A stretch of 64,000 bases of DNA, taken from an uncultured Gemmatimonadales bacterium. GTDB lineage: Bacteria; Gemmatimonadota; Gemmatimonadetes; Longimicrobiales; Gaopeijiaceae. The position numbers and the translations under genes are program-made. The stretch spans positions 1,088,001 through 1,152,000 of the forward strand of contig CAWELD010000010.1 in NCBI GenBank assembly GCA_963809895.1, given 5' to 3'. Below, piece by piece: positions 41,968 through 52,324 of this stretch. The notes below the pieces were generated by a model. The model was not told the origin of the DNA. It ran no database searches and was given only the letters and a program-made list of their open reading frames with translations. Numbering within the stretch: position 1 is the stretch's first letter; every line of letters begins with the position of its first letter.

Positions 41968-42922
41968 TCAGCCTTCCTGCCCCGCTGCGTCCGCCACCAG
42001 GGCGATCCAGCGGCCGTCGGGGCTGACGGCGAGGCGCGAGAGGGTGACGCCGTCGAGCTCGGCCACCGGCTGCCACCCTGGCGACGCGGTGTCCCAGCGG
42101 TACAGCGTGCTTCCCGAGGCCTGCAGGAGGACGCCGGCGGGCGTCCATGCGTGGTAGTCGCCCCCATCGAGTCCCGGGGCGTAGTCCTCGGCGTCGCCGC
42201 GGTCGAGATCCCAGATGCGGATGCGGGTGGCTCCCTCCTCGTCGTGCTGCACGAAGCTCACGGCGTGGCGTCCCGGGACCGGTTGCAGCGAGCGGCCGAT
42301 GTCGGTGGCGACGATCTGGGCGTTGCCACCGCTGACCGTGGCCAGGCGCAGGGTGGCTGGATCGCCCAGCACGAAGAGCGCCAGGGTGTCGGTGTCGAAC
42401 CAGGCGTGGTATCCCACGGGCGCCACGTCGGGCAGAAGCACCGACGGCGCGGTGCCGTCCATGCCGAACCGCCACAGGCGCTGCGTGGAGTCCGCCTCGA
42501 CGCGCACCGCGCTGAACCCGTCGCCCGAGGGCATGGGCGTGGCGGAATACTCGCTTTCGGGCTCCGTGCGCGTCACGGGCGTCACCTGGTCGGTATTGGG
42601 GTCCCACCGCCAGATGTCGGTGTGCTCCCCGTCCTGACGCGTGAAGAGGAAGCCCCCGCCCGACAGGAAGGTCGGCTGGTTGTCGTAGCCCGGGTGATCG
42701 GTGACGTTGCGCACTTCGCCCAGGCTCAGTGCCTCATCGTCGTTCACCAGGAGCTGCGCCCACGAGGATGTCGGGGCCCTGGGATTCCACGAGGGGTGCG
42801 GCCGCCACCGCCGCTGCCGAGTCCGCCTGCGGAGCGCCGCCACCGCTGCCCTCGCCACCGCAGGCTGCCAGCGCCGCGGCGAGGACGAGGGTCGGGGCCA
42901 CGGAAGAACGTCGAGGGCGCAT
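41968..42922 (-). CDS. TolB-like beta-propeller lipoprotein; one extra base near 42760
   Basis: Lipobox LAAC in 42734..42922; GYDNQP, SEYS.TP, PVGYHAW, AVSPDGRW in the downstream frame. Confidence 0.8.
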
Positions 42923-43127
42923 GTGGATCCATCCGCTGGGGTACGAGGAGGTGACCCTGCAAACGGGGCCCTGAGCCCGCTCGCGGCAAGTCCCGGCCCG
43001 CCCGACGACCAGCCGGTGAGCCCGTGTCTCGTTCGTGCCGGCCCACTCGTTATCGAGGAAAAGTGCAGCACGACGGATTCATGGAGACGAATTCCCGGCA
43101 GCCGGCTGTCGGGCCGGAGGGGTGACG

Positions 43128-43586
43128 ATGCGTTGGACTCGGCCGACCACGGAACGACGAGGGGCGCCCCGGTGGGTGTTCATGCTCGCGGTGGCGGGTG
43201 CCTTGTGGGGATGCACCGCATCGTCGCCGTCCACACCGTCGGAGACGGACCTGTTGGGGAGCTGGCGTTGGCTCAGCGCCACGGGAGGCGTCGCAGGCGT
43301 CGAGCGCACGCCCCAGAGCGAGGGCTACGAGGAGACACTCCTCTTCACCCCCGACGGGAAGGTGACCCTGTTTCGCGACGGCCAGACCGTGGCGACCACG
43401 GGCTACACGTTGACCATCGGGGCTCCCGGTGGGTCCTGGGCCGGGCACCCGATCCTGCGCTACGAGGTGCCCTTCGGCGGCTTCGAGGAGCAGGCCGTCT
43501 CGTTCCCGGAGCCCGGGGTCCTGGAATTGGCGGACGGCTGCTGCGACGGCTTCGTGTACCGCTACGCCAGAGAAGGGGAGGGGTGA
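43128..43586 (+). CDS. lipocalin-like lipoprotein
   Basis: Lipobox LWGC; LLGSWRW..TGG.AG...DGCCDGF. Confidence 0.7.
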   Translation: MRWTRPTTERRGAPRWVFMLAVAGALWGCTASSPSTPSETDLLGSWRWLSATGGVAGVERTPQSEGYEETLLFTPDGKVTLFRDGQTVATTGYTLTIGAPGGSWAGHPILRYEVPFGGFEEQAVSFPEPGVLELADGCCDGFVYRYAREGEG

Positions 43587-43590
43587 CGTG

Positions 43591-44118
43591 ATGACGACGA
43601 GCGAGCGGAGGAGGGTGCCGCGTCCGCGGCGTCTGATGGCGGTGGCGGTTGCTGTGTGGGCCGCCGCCTGCGGGATCCTCGAGCCGGGGCGGAGCGCCGA
43701 TCCAGGGGTGGAGCTCGCCCGGGCCCGTGAGCGCTGGGAGGGTGCTGGCGTGCAGAGCTACGACCTGGCCCTCGAGCGCATGTGCTTCTGCGCGGGCGCC
43801 GGTCCGGTGCGCGTGGAAGTCCGCAACGGTGTCGTCACCGGGGTCTTCGCCCAGGGATCCGAGACGCCGCTGGAAGGCTCGGCCGTCGGCGCCTACCCGT
43901 CTGTCGAAGGGCTCTTCGACGTGATCCAGGATGCCCTCGATCGCGACGCGCATTCTCTCCGGGTCGTCTATCATCCGACGCTGGGCTATCCCAGCGAGGT
44001 CTTCATCGACTACGACGAACACGCCATCGACGAAGAGATCGGCTATCGCGCGGAGCTGCACGTGCTGGGGCCGGAGAGACCTGAATCCACGGGTTTCGAG
44101 AGCGAGCCCGTTGCATGA
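43591..44118 (+). CDS. lipoprotein, DUF6174-like
   Basis: AAAC lipobox; ARERW...Y...CFC...SVEGLF...YHPTLGYP...DEE. Confidence 0.7.
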   Translation: MTTSERRRVPRPRRLMAVAVAVWAAACGILEPGRSADPGVELARARERWEGAGVQSYDLALERMCFCAGAGPVRVEVRNGVVTGVFAQGSETPLEGSAVGAYPSVEGLFDVIQDALDRDAHSLRVVYHPTLGYPSEVFIDYDEHAIDEEIGYRAELHVLGPERPESTGFESEPVA

Positions 44119-44162
44119 CCGGTCCCGGAATGCGAGCCTTTCATCTGGAAGGAGGACGCACC

Positions 44163-44549
44163 GTGACCGATCATCCGTCGCTCACAGAGCTTCAGCTCGA
44201 CATTCTGAAGATCCTCTGGCAACAGGGGGAGGCTTCCACCGCCGAGGTGTGCGAAGCCCTCGCCGACAGCCGGGGCCTGGCTCTCTCCACGGTGGCGACA
44301 CTGCTGTCGCGCCTGGAGAAGCGTGACGTGGTGGCCCACCGCAAGGAAGGGCGCCAGTACGTCTACCGCGCCCTGGTCAGTCGCGGCGACGTGCGCCAGT
44401 CGATGGTGCGCGACCTGACGCGCACTCTCTTCGGCGGCGACCCCGCGGCTCTGGTGCACCACCTGGTGGCGGCCCACGAGGTCGATCCCGGCGCGCTGGA
44501 GCGGATCCGGGGACTCCTGGACCAGGTCGAAGCCCAGGAAGGCAAGTAG
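44163..44549 (+). CDS. BlaI/MecI/CopY family repressor
   Basis: LTELQLDILKILW...TVATLLSRLEK...GRQYVY...FGGD..ALV; GGAGG RBS. Confidence 0.9.
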   Translation: MTDHPSLTELQLDILKILWQQGEASTAEVCEALADSRGLALSTVATLLSRLEKRDVVAHRKEGRQYVYRALVSRGDVRQSMVRDLTRTLFGGDPAALVHHLVAAHEVDPGALERIRGLLDQVEAQEGK

Positions 44550-44586
44550 CGCCGCTCCGCCTGCGATGCGGCACCGGGACGCCACC

Positions 44587-44614
44587 TTGGTGTACGGCGC
44601 AACCGCCGTATATT
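44587..44614 (+). promoter_or_regulatory. putative menF promoter with a palindrome in the spacer
   Basis: TTGGTG-16bp-TATATT; TACGGCG-CAAC-CGCCGTA at 44593-44610. Confidence 0.45.
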
Positions 44615-44631
44615 CGACACGTCCCACCTCC

Positions 44632-46113
44632 GTGGCGCCCCGCGCTTCGGCCGGCCACCCTCCAACCTCCTCGTCCGACATCCGTACGCACACCCCCGAT
44701 CCGATCCGGGAGCGGGCCTCCGCTCCTACCTCGCCCCTGCGGCTCGTGACCGCTCAGGTGGAAGCGCCGGGTGTGGAGCCGGACACCTTCCTGCGGCTCG
44801 CGAGCGGCGAGCCGAGAGGGCTGTGGGCTCGAGGTGAGCGTTGGGTCGCACATCGGGGTGTCCTGCGGGAAATCCGGTGCGATGCGGACGACGTGGACGC
44901 GACCGGCGACCGCTTCGAGCGGGTGGGCCGCCTGACCCGTGCTTTGCCCGCTCCGGTGGAGGAGTCGGGAAACGTGCGCCTCTACGGCGGTTTCGCCTTC
45001 GGAGACGACCACCGGGCCGAGGACGCGTGGACGGGTTTCCCGGCCGCCCTCTTCCACCTCCCGGAAGTCGAGCTCACCGGCGACGCCTCCGGGACGGGTC
45101 ATCTACGGGTGCGCGGGGTCGCGCATCCCGACGAGGTGGTGGCGGTGCAGGAACGCCTGCAGGGGCGGGCCTTGGCGCTGCTGAACGCGCTGCGGGGATC
45201 GATCCCGGCGGCTCCCAACGGAGGCGCTCCGGGCGGTCGCGCTCGCCTCGAGGCCCTGCGGCGTGACGCCTGGGAAGGCGCCGTGGAGGGCCTGTTGCGG
45301 GCCATCGCGCGCGGCCGGGTCTCCAAGGTGGTGCTGGCGCGCACGCTGGACGTGGAAACGGCCGCGCCGGTGGATCCCGTCGACCTGGTGGCGGCACTGC
45401 GCACGGGCAACCCCGGCACCCACGTCTTCCTCTTCGAGCCCGAGCCCGGGAAGGTGCTGCTGGGCGCGGCTCCCGAGGCGCTGGCGACGCTTCGGCGCGG
45501 CGTCTTCCACGCCACGGCGGTGGCCGGCTCGGTGGCCCGGGGAGACGACCAGGCGGAGCAGCGGCGACTCGCCCAGGTCCTGCACGCGAGCCAGAAGGAT
45601 CGGGCGGAGCAGCGGGTGGTGGTGGAGGACATGGTGTCCCGGCTGTCGGCGTTGGCGTCCGACGTGAAGGCCGAGGCGGAGCCCCACGTGCTCACCCTGG
45701 CTCGCATCCAGCATCTGGAGACCGAGATCCGGGCGCGCGTGGACGAGCGCACCTCGGTCCTCGATCTGGTGGCTGCGCTCCACCCCACGCCGGCGGTGTG
45801 CGGGGTGCCCCGCGAAGAGGCGCTGGTGCTTCTGCGCCGCGACGAGCCCTTCGAGCGGGGGTGGTACGCGGGCCCGGTGGGCTGGTTCACGCTGGGGGGC
45901 GACGGACACTTCGTGCCGGCGCTGCGGACCACCGTGGGCGGTGGTGCCTGTTGGCGGCTCTTCGCCGGCGCCGGGATCGTCGAGGGTTCCCGCCCCGCCG
46001 CGGAATGGGAGGAGACGGGCATCAAGTTCCAGCCTGTCCTGCAGGCTCTGGCCGCCATCGGCGTGCAGCTCCCGGGCGAGGCGGACGCCGGCGGATCCCC
46101 CGAGGAATCGTGA
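44632..46113 (+). CDS. menF: isochorismate synthase (start codon uncertain)
   Basis: SKVVLAR, GAAPE, AVAGS, LHPTPAVCG, RGWYAGPVG, FAGAGIV, EWEET..K. Confidence 0.9.
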   Translation: MAPRASAGHPPTSSSDIRTHTPDPIRERASAPTSPLRLVTAQVEAPGVEPDTFLRLASGEPRGLWARGERWVAHRGVLREIRCDADDVDATGDRFERVGRLTRALPAPVEESGNVRLYGGFAFGDDHRAEDAWTGFPAALFHLPEVELTGDASGTGHLRVRGVAHPDEVVAVQERLQGRALALLNALRGSIPAAPNGGAPGGRARLEALRRDAWEGAVEGLLRAIARGRVSKVVLARTLDVETAAPVDPVDLVAALRTGNPGTHVFLFEPEPGKVLLGAAPEALATLRRGVFHATAVAGSVARGDDQAEQRRLAQVLHASQKDRAEQRVVVEDMVSRLSALASDVKAEAEPHVLTLARIQHLETEIRARVDERTSVLDLVAALHPTPAVCGVPREEALVLLRRDEPFERGWYAGPVGWFTLGGDGHFVPALRTTVGGGACWRLFAGAGIVEGSRPAAEWEETGIKFQPVLQALAAIGVQLPGEADAGGSPEES

Positions 46114-47900
46114 CCCTACCCGACCGAGCCACCCCCTGGGCCGCGGTCCTGGTCGACGAGCTCGCCCGGTGCGGAGTCCGGGAGCTGTGCCTGGCTCCGG
46201 GATCGCGCTCCACCCCTCTGGTCCTGGCGGCGGCACGGCACGGCGGATTCCGGATGCGCGTGTTCCTGGACGAGCGCTCGGCGGCCTTCTTCGCGTTGGG
46301 ACTGGGCAAGGCCGGCGGTGGGCCCGCCGCGGTGGTCACCACCTCGGGCACCGCCGTGGCGAACCTCCTGCCGGCCGCGGTGGAGGCGAGCCAGGCCGAG
46401 GCGCCGCTCCTCCTGGTCACGGCGGACCGGCCGCCCCGGCTCCGGGGTGCGGACGCCAACCAGGCCATCGATCAGGTGGGGCTCTTCGGAGCGTACGTGC
46501 GCTTCCAGGCCGACCTGGAACGGCCCGTGGACGAGGAGGCGTCGGTGCGGCATCTGCGAGCCGTGGCGGCCCGGGCCGTGGCGGCGGCGTCTGGGCTTCC
46601 GGCGGGGCCGGTCCATGTGAACGTTCCCTTCGACAAGCCGTTGGAGCCGGCGCCCGGCGAGCCACCCCCGGCGACGGGTGGGCGACCGGACGGTGCCCCG
46701 TGGGTGTCGGTGGGGCCCAGGCGACCCCGAGCTTCGGCGGAAGAGCTCGCCGAGGTCGCCCGGAGTCTGGTCTCGGCCACCCGTGGCCTGATCGTCGCGG
46801 GCCCCCACCCCGAGGCACGGGAGCTGGGCCCCGAGCTCCGTCGTCTGGCTGCGGCCACCGGCTTCCCGCTGGCGGCGGATCCCCTCTCGGGCGGACGCCA
46901 CGGACCCGAGCAGGGTGCGGCGGTCCTGGGCGCGTACGACCTGGTGCTGCGGGATCCCGCGGTGCGGATGGCGTTGCGGCCGGACCTGGTGCTTCGCGTG
47001 GGCCAGGCTCCCACGTCGACGGCGCTGCTGGCCTGGCTCGAAGAGCACGACGACGTGCCTCAGATGGTCGTGGACGCCGACGGCCGCTGGAAGGACCACC
47101 TGGCCCGGGCCTCACGCTATCTGCGGGCGGATCCGGTCGATGCGTTTCGCCGACTGCACGACGTGGGTCTGGCCCGGCGAGCGTCGGCGCCGTGGCGCGA
47201 GCGGTGGCGCCGACTCGATCGGGCCGCCGCCGAGGTGGTCCAGGCCGCGGGTCGCGCCGCCGAACCCCACGAGGGTGGCGTCCTGGCCGCGGTCACGGCC
47301 CAGCTTCCCGAGGGCACGCCCCTCTTCGTCTCCAGCTCCATGCCCGTCCGGGACCTGGACGCCTTCGGCGGCGCGCGTCCGGTGACGCTGCCGGTGTTCG
47401 GCAACCGGGGCGCCAGCGGCATCGACGGGATCGTGTCGACGGCGCTGGGGGTAGCTGCCGGCTGTGGGCGGCCCGCGGTCGCCGTGCTCGGTGACCTGGC
47501 CCTGTTCCACGACGTGAACGGTCTGCTCGCGACCCGGGAGCCCGATGCCCGGGTGGTGTTCGTGGTGATCAACAACGACGGCGGCGGGATTTTCCACATG
47601 CTGCCCGTGCGGGATCACGAGCCGGAGTTCACCCCCTACTTCGCCACCCCCCACGGGCTGGACCCGGCCTCGGCGGCGGCGCTCTACGGCGTCGCCCACC
47701 GGCGGGTGGAAGGGCTCGCCGCGCTGACCACCGCGGTCGCGAAGGGCCTGGACGCGGGTCAGAGCGTGCTGCTGGAGATCCGGACGGATCGCGAGGCGAA
47801 CCGCCGGGGCCACGACGAGGTCGTGGCGGCCGTGCGACGGGCCGTGACGGCCCTGCTCGACGACGACGACGAGGAATGGAATCAACCGAAGGAGAATTGA
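46110..47900 (+). CDS. menD: SEPHCHC synthase
   Basis: [52 protein letters not shown]. Confidence 0.96.
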   Translation: MTLPDRATPWAAVLVDELARCGVRELCLAPGSRSTPLVLAAARHGGFRMRVFLDERSAAFFALGLGKAGGGPAAVVTTSGTAVANLLPAAVEASQAEAPLLLVTADRPPRLRGADANQAIDQVGLFGAYVRFQADLERPVDEEASVRHLRAVAARAVAAASGLPAGPVHVNVPFDKPLEPAPGEPPPATGGRPDGAPWVSVGPRRPRASAEELAEVARSLVSATRGLIVAGPHPEARELGPELRRLAAATGFPLAADPLSGGRHGPEQGAAVLGAYDLVLRDPAVRMALRPDLVLRVGQAPTSTALLAWLEEHDDVPQMVVDADGRWKDHLARASRYLRADPVDAFRRLHDVGLARRASAPWRERWRRLDRAAAEVVQAAGRAAEPHEGGVLAAVTAQLPEGTPLFVSSSMPVRDLDAFGGARPVTLPVFGNRGASGIDGIVSTALGVAAGCGRPAVAVLGDLALFHDVNGLLATREPDARVVFVVINNDGGGIFHMLPVRDHEPEFTPYFATPHGLDPASAAALYGVAHRRVEGLAALTTAVAKGLDAGQSVLLEIRTDREANRRGHDEVVAAVRRAVTALLDDDDEEWNQPKEN

Positions 47901-47901
47901 C

Positions 47902-48741
47902 GTGGCGCAGCCGGACTGGACGACGGTCAAGGAGTACGAGGACATCACCTACAGGAAGGCCGACAAGGTGGCCCGCATCGCCTTCAACCGGCCGGAGGTG
48001 CGCAACGCGTTCCGGCCCGAGACCCTGCTCGAGCTGCAGGACGCCTTCCGCGATGCCGGAGAAGATCCCGACATCGGCGTGGTCCTCCTCACCGGCGAGG
48101 GACCTGCGCAGGACGGCAAGTACGCGTTCTGCTCGGGCGGTGACCAGCGCGTGCGTGGGGATGCCGGGTACGTCGGCGGCAACGGCATGCCGAGGCTGAA
48201 CGTCCTGGAGCTGCAGCGCTACATCCGCAGCATGCCCAAGCCCGTCATCGCCCTGGTCGCCGGCTACGCCATCGGAGGCGGTCACGTGCTCCACGTGATC
48301 TGCGACCTCACCATCGCAGCCGACAACGCCGTGTTCGGCCAGACCGGGCCCAAGGTCGGCAGCTTCGACGGGGGCTTCGGTGCCTCGTACCTGGCCAGCA
48401 TCGTAGGGCAGAAGAAGGCCCGGGAGATCTGGTATCTGTGCCGCCAGTACTCGGCCCAGGAGGCGGTGGACATGGGGCTGGCCAACACCGTCGTGCCCGT
48501 GGAGGACCTCGAGGCCGAGGGTTGGCGGTGGGCCCAGGAGATCCTGGACAAGAGCCCGCTGAGCATCCGGCTCCTCAAGAGCGCGTTCAACGCCGCCGTG
48601 GACGGACAGGCGGGGCTGCAGGAGCTGGCGGGCAACGCCACCCTGCTCTTCTACATGACCGAGCAGGCGCAGGAAGCCAAGAACGCCTTCCTGGAGAAGC
48701 GCAAGCCGGACTTCCGGCGCTATCCGTGGCTTCCCTGGTGA
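47902..48741 (+). CDS. menB: 1,4-dihydroxy-2-naphthoyl-CoA synthase
   Basis: [39 protein letters not shown]. Confidence 0.97.
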   Translation: MAQPDWTTVKEYEDITYRKADKVARIAFNRPEVRNAFRPETLLELQDAFRDAGEDPDIGVVLLTGEGPAQDGKYAFCSGGDQRVRGDAGYVGGNGMPRLNVLELQRYIRSMPKPVIALVAGYAIGGGHVLHVICDLTIAADNAVFGQTGPKVGSFDGGFGASYLASIVGQKKAREIWYLCRQYSAQEAVDMGLANTVVPVEDLEAEGWRWAQEILDKSPLSIRLLKSAFNAAVDGQAGLQELAGNATLLFYMTEQAQEAKNAFLEKRKPDFRRYPWLPW

Positions 48742-48760
48742 CCTTCCGCGGCCCGCAGGT

Positions 48761-49266
48761 TCAGGCCGGCGGCTCGTCCATTCCGGCGTAGCGACGGCGT
48801 CGGTAGAGCAGGGGAGGGCGCTCCGGCGTCACGGTAGCGTCGATCACGCGCCCAGCACAAGGCGGCTCCCGGTCTCGCTGTCGAAGGTCTCACGGACCTG
48901 GCAGACCAGGGTGGCCATGGCGCCCTCTACCGTCGGGTCACCGGTGGCCGCGAACGGACTCGGGCCCACCGGAAAGCTGTCGGCGAAGATCTGCGCGAGG
49001 CGCGCCTGATCGCGGGACAGGAGACTCACCACGAAGCGCGATCCGGGCTGGAGGAAGGGCAGCACCTGCGCGCCGCCGCCCAGCGCCACCAACACTGTCG
49101 GCGGGTCGGCCGCCACCGGGGTCAGCGAGGTGACGGTGGTGCCGTACACCCGGCCGTCATGGCGGACCGCCACCAGCGCCACGTGGGCGGCCCAGTGCGC
49201 GAACACCTCACGGAAGCGCTCGGGTGGGATCGCGGGGCTCGAATCGGTGGCTGAGGGTGCGGTCAC
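48761..49266 (-). CDS. flavin reductase family protein; one missing base near 48852
   Basis: FREVF...GTTVTSL...PPTVLV; restoring one G gives ...LVLGRVIDATVTPERPPLLYRRRRY, the typical C-terminus. Confidence 0.8.
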
Positions 49267-49369
49267 GGTCCCTCGGGGATCGGAGTAGCGGAGCCAGTTC
49301 CAGCGAACCCCGGGCCACTTCGGCAGTTCCGGGAGGGGGAACTGTGGCCCTCGACCGGACGTGCGAGGA

Positions 49370-50470
49370 TTACGCGGTGGCGGTCGCCGCGTAACCGAGC
49401 CAGGTGAGCAACACGATGTAGAGCAGCGCCACGGCAGCCAGGATCCGCCAGATCGGCGTGCCCTCTCCTCGCGATGCTCCGCGATCCAGGAACGGGATCA
49501 GCACCAGCACCACCCCACCCAGGCCGAACGCCAGCACGCCCAGGAGCTCGCCTTCGATGCCCAGGACGTGGCCGGGCAGGAGCTTGAGCGTCTGGAACAT
49601 GAACATGAAGTACCACTCGGGCCGGATCCCCTCGGGCGCCGGTGAAAAGGGGTCGGCCTTCACGCCCAGCTCGGCCGGGAAGAAGGCGGCGGCGCTGGCC
49701 AGAACCGCGAGTATCGTGAGCCAGCCCACCAGGTCCCGGATGACGAAGTTGGGCACGAAGGGGATCTGGCGCCGGACACTCCCGGAGCGTTCGACTCCCG
49801 GCGGCACGCTCATCCCGTGGATCTGCACCTGGGCCACGTGCAGCGCCATGAGCAGGAAGGTGAGCCCGGGCAAGATGGATACGTGAAGGGCGAAGAAGCG
49901 GGTCAGCGTGGCCCCGGTGACGTCTTCGCCTCCTCGCAGGAAGTCACGCACGAAGGGACCAATCCCCGGAATCACGCCGGGGATCTCGGTCCCTACCCGT
50001 GTGGCGAAGAACGCCAGCTCGTTCCACGGCAGGAGGTATCCGGTGAATCCCAGACCCAGAGCCAGGAACAGGAGCAGGGCGCCTGAGAGCCAGGTGATCT
50101 CGCGCGGACTCCGGTATGCCTTCAGGAACAGGACGCTGAAGAGGTGCACGAAGGCCGTGAAGATCATGAGGTTGGCGCCCCAGGCGTGAATCGAGCGTAC
50201 CAGCCAGCCGAACTTCACCTCGGACATGATGAACTGCACCGACTCGTAGGCGCCTTCCGCGCTCGGCCGGTAGTAGAACAGCAGCAGGATCCCCGTGCCG
50301 ACCTGCAGGAGGAAGAGGAAGAGCAGCATCCCACCCATGTAGTACCAGATGCTGTGCCGATGCACCGGCACTTTCTTCTTTCTGGCCAGCGGTGCCAGGG
50401 CGCTCAGGCGTAGGCGCTGATCCAGCCAACCACGTACCCCGGACAGGCGAGACGAAAGTGACGGCCTCAC
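49370..50470 (-). CDS. qcrB: cytochrome b of a Rieske/cytb complex (b6 and subunit IV fused)
   Basis: RSIH.WGAN...[17 protein letters not shown]14-H, Qo motif RPEWY. Confidence 0.93.
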   Translation of the reverse strand: MRPSLSSRLSGVRGWLDQRLRLSALAPLARKKKVPVHRHSIWYYMGGMLLFLFLLQVGTGILLLFYYRPSAEGAYESVQFIMSEVKFGWLVRSIHAWGANLMIFTAFVHLFSVLFLKAYRSPREITWLSGALLLFLALGLGFTGYLLPWNELAFFATRVGTEIPGVIPGIGPFVRDFLRGGEDVTGATLTRFFALHVSILPGLTFLLMALHVAQVQIHGMSVPPGVERSGSVRRQIPFVPNFVIRDLVGWLTILAVLASAAAFFPAELGVKADPFSPAPEGIRPEWYFMFMFQTLKLLPGHVLGIEGELLGVLAFGLGGVVLVLIPFLDRGASRGEGTPIWRILAAVALLYIVLLTWLGYAATATA

Positions 50471-50961
50471 GAGGATCGACTCACCACGATCTCGTCACCG
50501 CGCACGGTGACGGTGAAGGGGGTCAGGGGTCGAGGGGGTGGACCGGCGATGTTGCGCCCGTTCAGGTCGTAGTGGCCGTTGTGACAGGCGCACCAGATGT
50601 GGCCCAGGTCTTCTCTGTATTGGACGGTGCAATCCAGGTGCGTGCAGCGCGCCGAGAAGGCCCTGACGTCGCCCCCCGGGGTCCGGATCAGGATTCCGGG
50701 CTTGGACCCGAAGCGGAAGATGCGCCCCGAGTTGCGGGCCACCTCCGTGGGAGGGAACGGGAGCGTCACCGAATTGGTGGTGGCCTCACTCACCGGGGGA
50801 GGGATCAGGTATCGGCTCACGGGATAGAGGACCGCCACCAGGACCCCTCCCACCGTCGTGCCGAGGAACCAGTCGAGGAAGCCCTTGCGGCTCATCCGGC
50901 GGTCACGCGAGGGCTCGGGGGGCGGATCGAGCCGCGCTGATGGGGAAGGACGCTCGGCCAT
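50467..50961 (-). CDS. qcrA: Rieske 2Fe-2S subunit
   Basis: Tat-like SRKGFL plus [23 protein letters not shown]. Confidence 0.93.
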   Translation of the reverse strand: MAERPSPSARLDPPPEPSRDRRMSRKGFLDWFLGTTVGGVLVAVLYPVSRYLIPPPVSEATTNSVTLPFPPTEVARNSGRIFRFGSKPGILIRTPGGDVRAFSARCTHLDCTVQYREDLGHIWCACHNGHYDLNGRNIAGPPPRPLTPFTVTVRGDEIVVSRSS

Positions 50962-50965
50962 GAAC

Positions 50966-52324
50966 TCAGCTCCGTGTGATGGGATCGCTCGTGGCGCCGC
51001 CGGACCCGGATGGACCTGCCGCTCCCCGGCCCTCGATCTGGCGCAGCTTCATCAGGAGTGCCCCGATGAGAAGGAGAATGATGGCGGTGGACACCGCGAG
51101 ACCCACGCGTCGGAAACGATGTTCGTCCAGTGCGGCAAGCCCCTTTTCGCGCGTCGCGCGCGTGATCTCCAATCCGTTGGCCACCTCCGTGCGAACCGGC
51201 TCCACCTGGAAGCTGTGGATGGCGGTGCGGGCCTTCGTGAGGGCGTTCCCCACCTCGTCCAGCTCGAAGGTCGCCTGGCTCACGGGCATGCCCAGGTTGC
51301 GTGCCTCGGTGAGGAGGGCGCGGCTCCGTTCCGTCTGGTCTTCGAGAGAGTCGAGGAGGGCCCTGATGCGTGGGAAGACGTCTGCTTCGGGTGTGCCGGC
51401 CTGATGGCACTTCCCGCACACGGAATCCGCCATCACCAGGAGATCGTCGTCGACTGGACGTTCGATGTCGTGGTTTCCGTGGCAGGTGACGCAGCCCGGA
51501 AGGCCCTGTGCGGTGAAGAGGTCGGCGTGCACCCCGTTGCCGAAGAGGTCACCCATCTGCACGTGGCATTGCCCACACACGTTCCGTACCGAAGCCAGGC
51601 CCGGGGGGGCCGCGCCGTGGTTGCCGTGGCAGTCGTTGCACGTGGGCGCCGACAGATCGCCGTCCTCGTAGAGCAGCGCGGCATGCACACTCGCCCGATA
51701 GTTCTCGAGCTCGTTCGCGAGGTGCCCCCGGGAGCGCATGAGCGTCGTATCCGCGTGGCAGCCGCCGCACAGATCCGCCACGTGCAACGGGTGCACGGTG
51801 GACGCCGGGTCCGAGGGGGGACGGATGTCGTGAGCCGGGTGGCAGTCCACGCAGGTGGCCACGTCGGGATCGTCGTCCTGCATGAGGCGCCGCCCGTGCA
51901 CCGACGTGCGATACTCCGCCACCTGGTCCACCCGCAGCGCCGGATTGTAGTCGCGCATGAAACGGGCGTCGGAGTGGCAGCGGCCGCACAGGCTCGGTAT
52001 GTCCCTGCGTTCGGGCTTGGCCAGGAAGCCGGCGGAGGGATCGCGGGACACGCTGCCGTCGGGTGCGCGGCCGCCGTGGCAGTCGAGACAGGTGAATCCC
52101 CGCTGAGCGTGGATGTCGTCGGGGAAGTCGCGGGCCGGCTCTGACAACCGGGGCGGCGTGAGCTGGAGGTGGCAGCGCGTACAGGCGTCCGCCGTGGGGA
52201 TGCCTTGTGCCGTGAGTCGACCACACACCGGGGGCATCGCCGCCAGGGCGGCGAGCAACGCCACGAGGGCCGGGATCCGGGCGAGGGGGCGTCGAGGATG
52301 CGACCCGGGGGCTCGTGCATTCAT
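50966..52324 (-). CDS. nonaheme cytochrome c with C-terminal helical stalk and TM anchor
   Basis: Signal peptide; 9 CXXCH; C-terminal RRVGLAVSTAIILLLIGALLMK. Confidence 0.9.
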   Translation of the reverse strand: MNARAPGSHPRRPLARIPALVALLAALAAMPPVCGRLTAQGIPTADACTRCHLQLTPPRLSEPARDFPDDIHAQRGFTCLDCHGGRAPDGSVSRDPSAGFLAKPERRDIPSLCGRCHSDARFMRDYNPALRVDQVAEYRTSVHGRRLMQDDDPDVATCVDCHPAHDIRPPSDPASTVHPLHVADLCGGCHADTTLMRSRGHLANELENYRASVHAALLYEDGDLSAPTCNDCHGNHGAAPPGLASVRNVCGQCHVQMGDLFGNGVHADLFTAQGLPGCVTCHGNHDIERPVDDDLLVMADSVCGKCHQAGTPEADVFPRIRALLDSLEDQTERSRALLTEARNLGMPVSQATFELDEVGNALTKARTAIHSFQVEPVRTEVANGLEITRATREKGLAALDEHRFRRVGLAVSTAIILLLIGALLMKLRQIEGRGAAGPSGSGGATSDPITRS

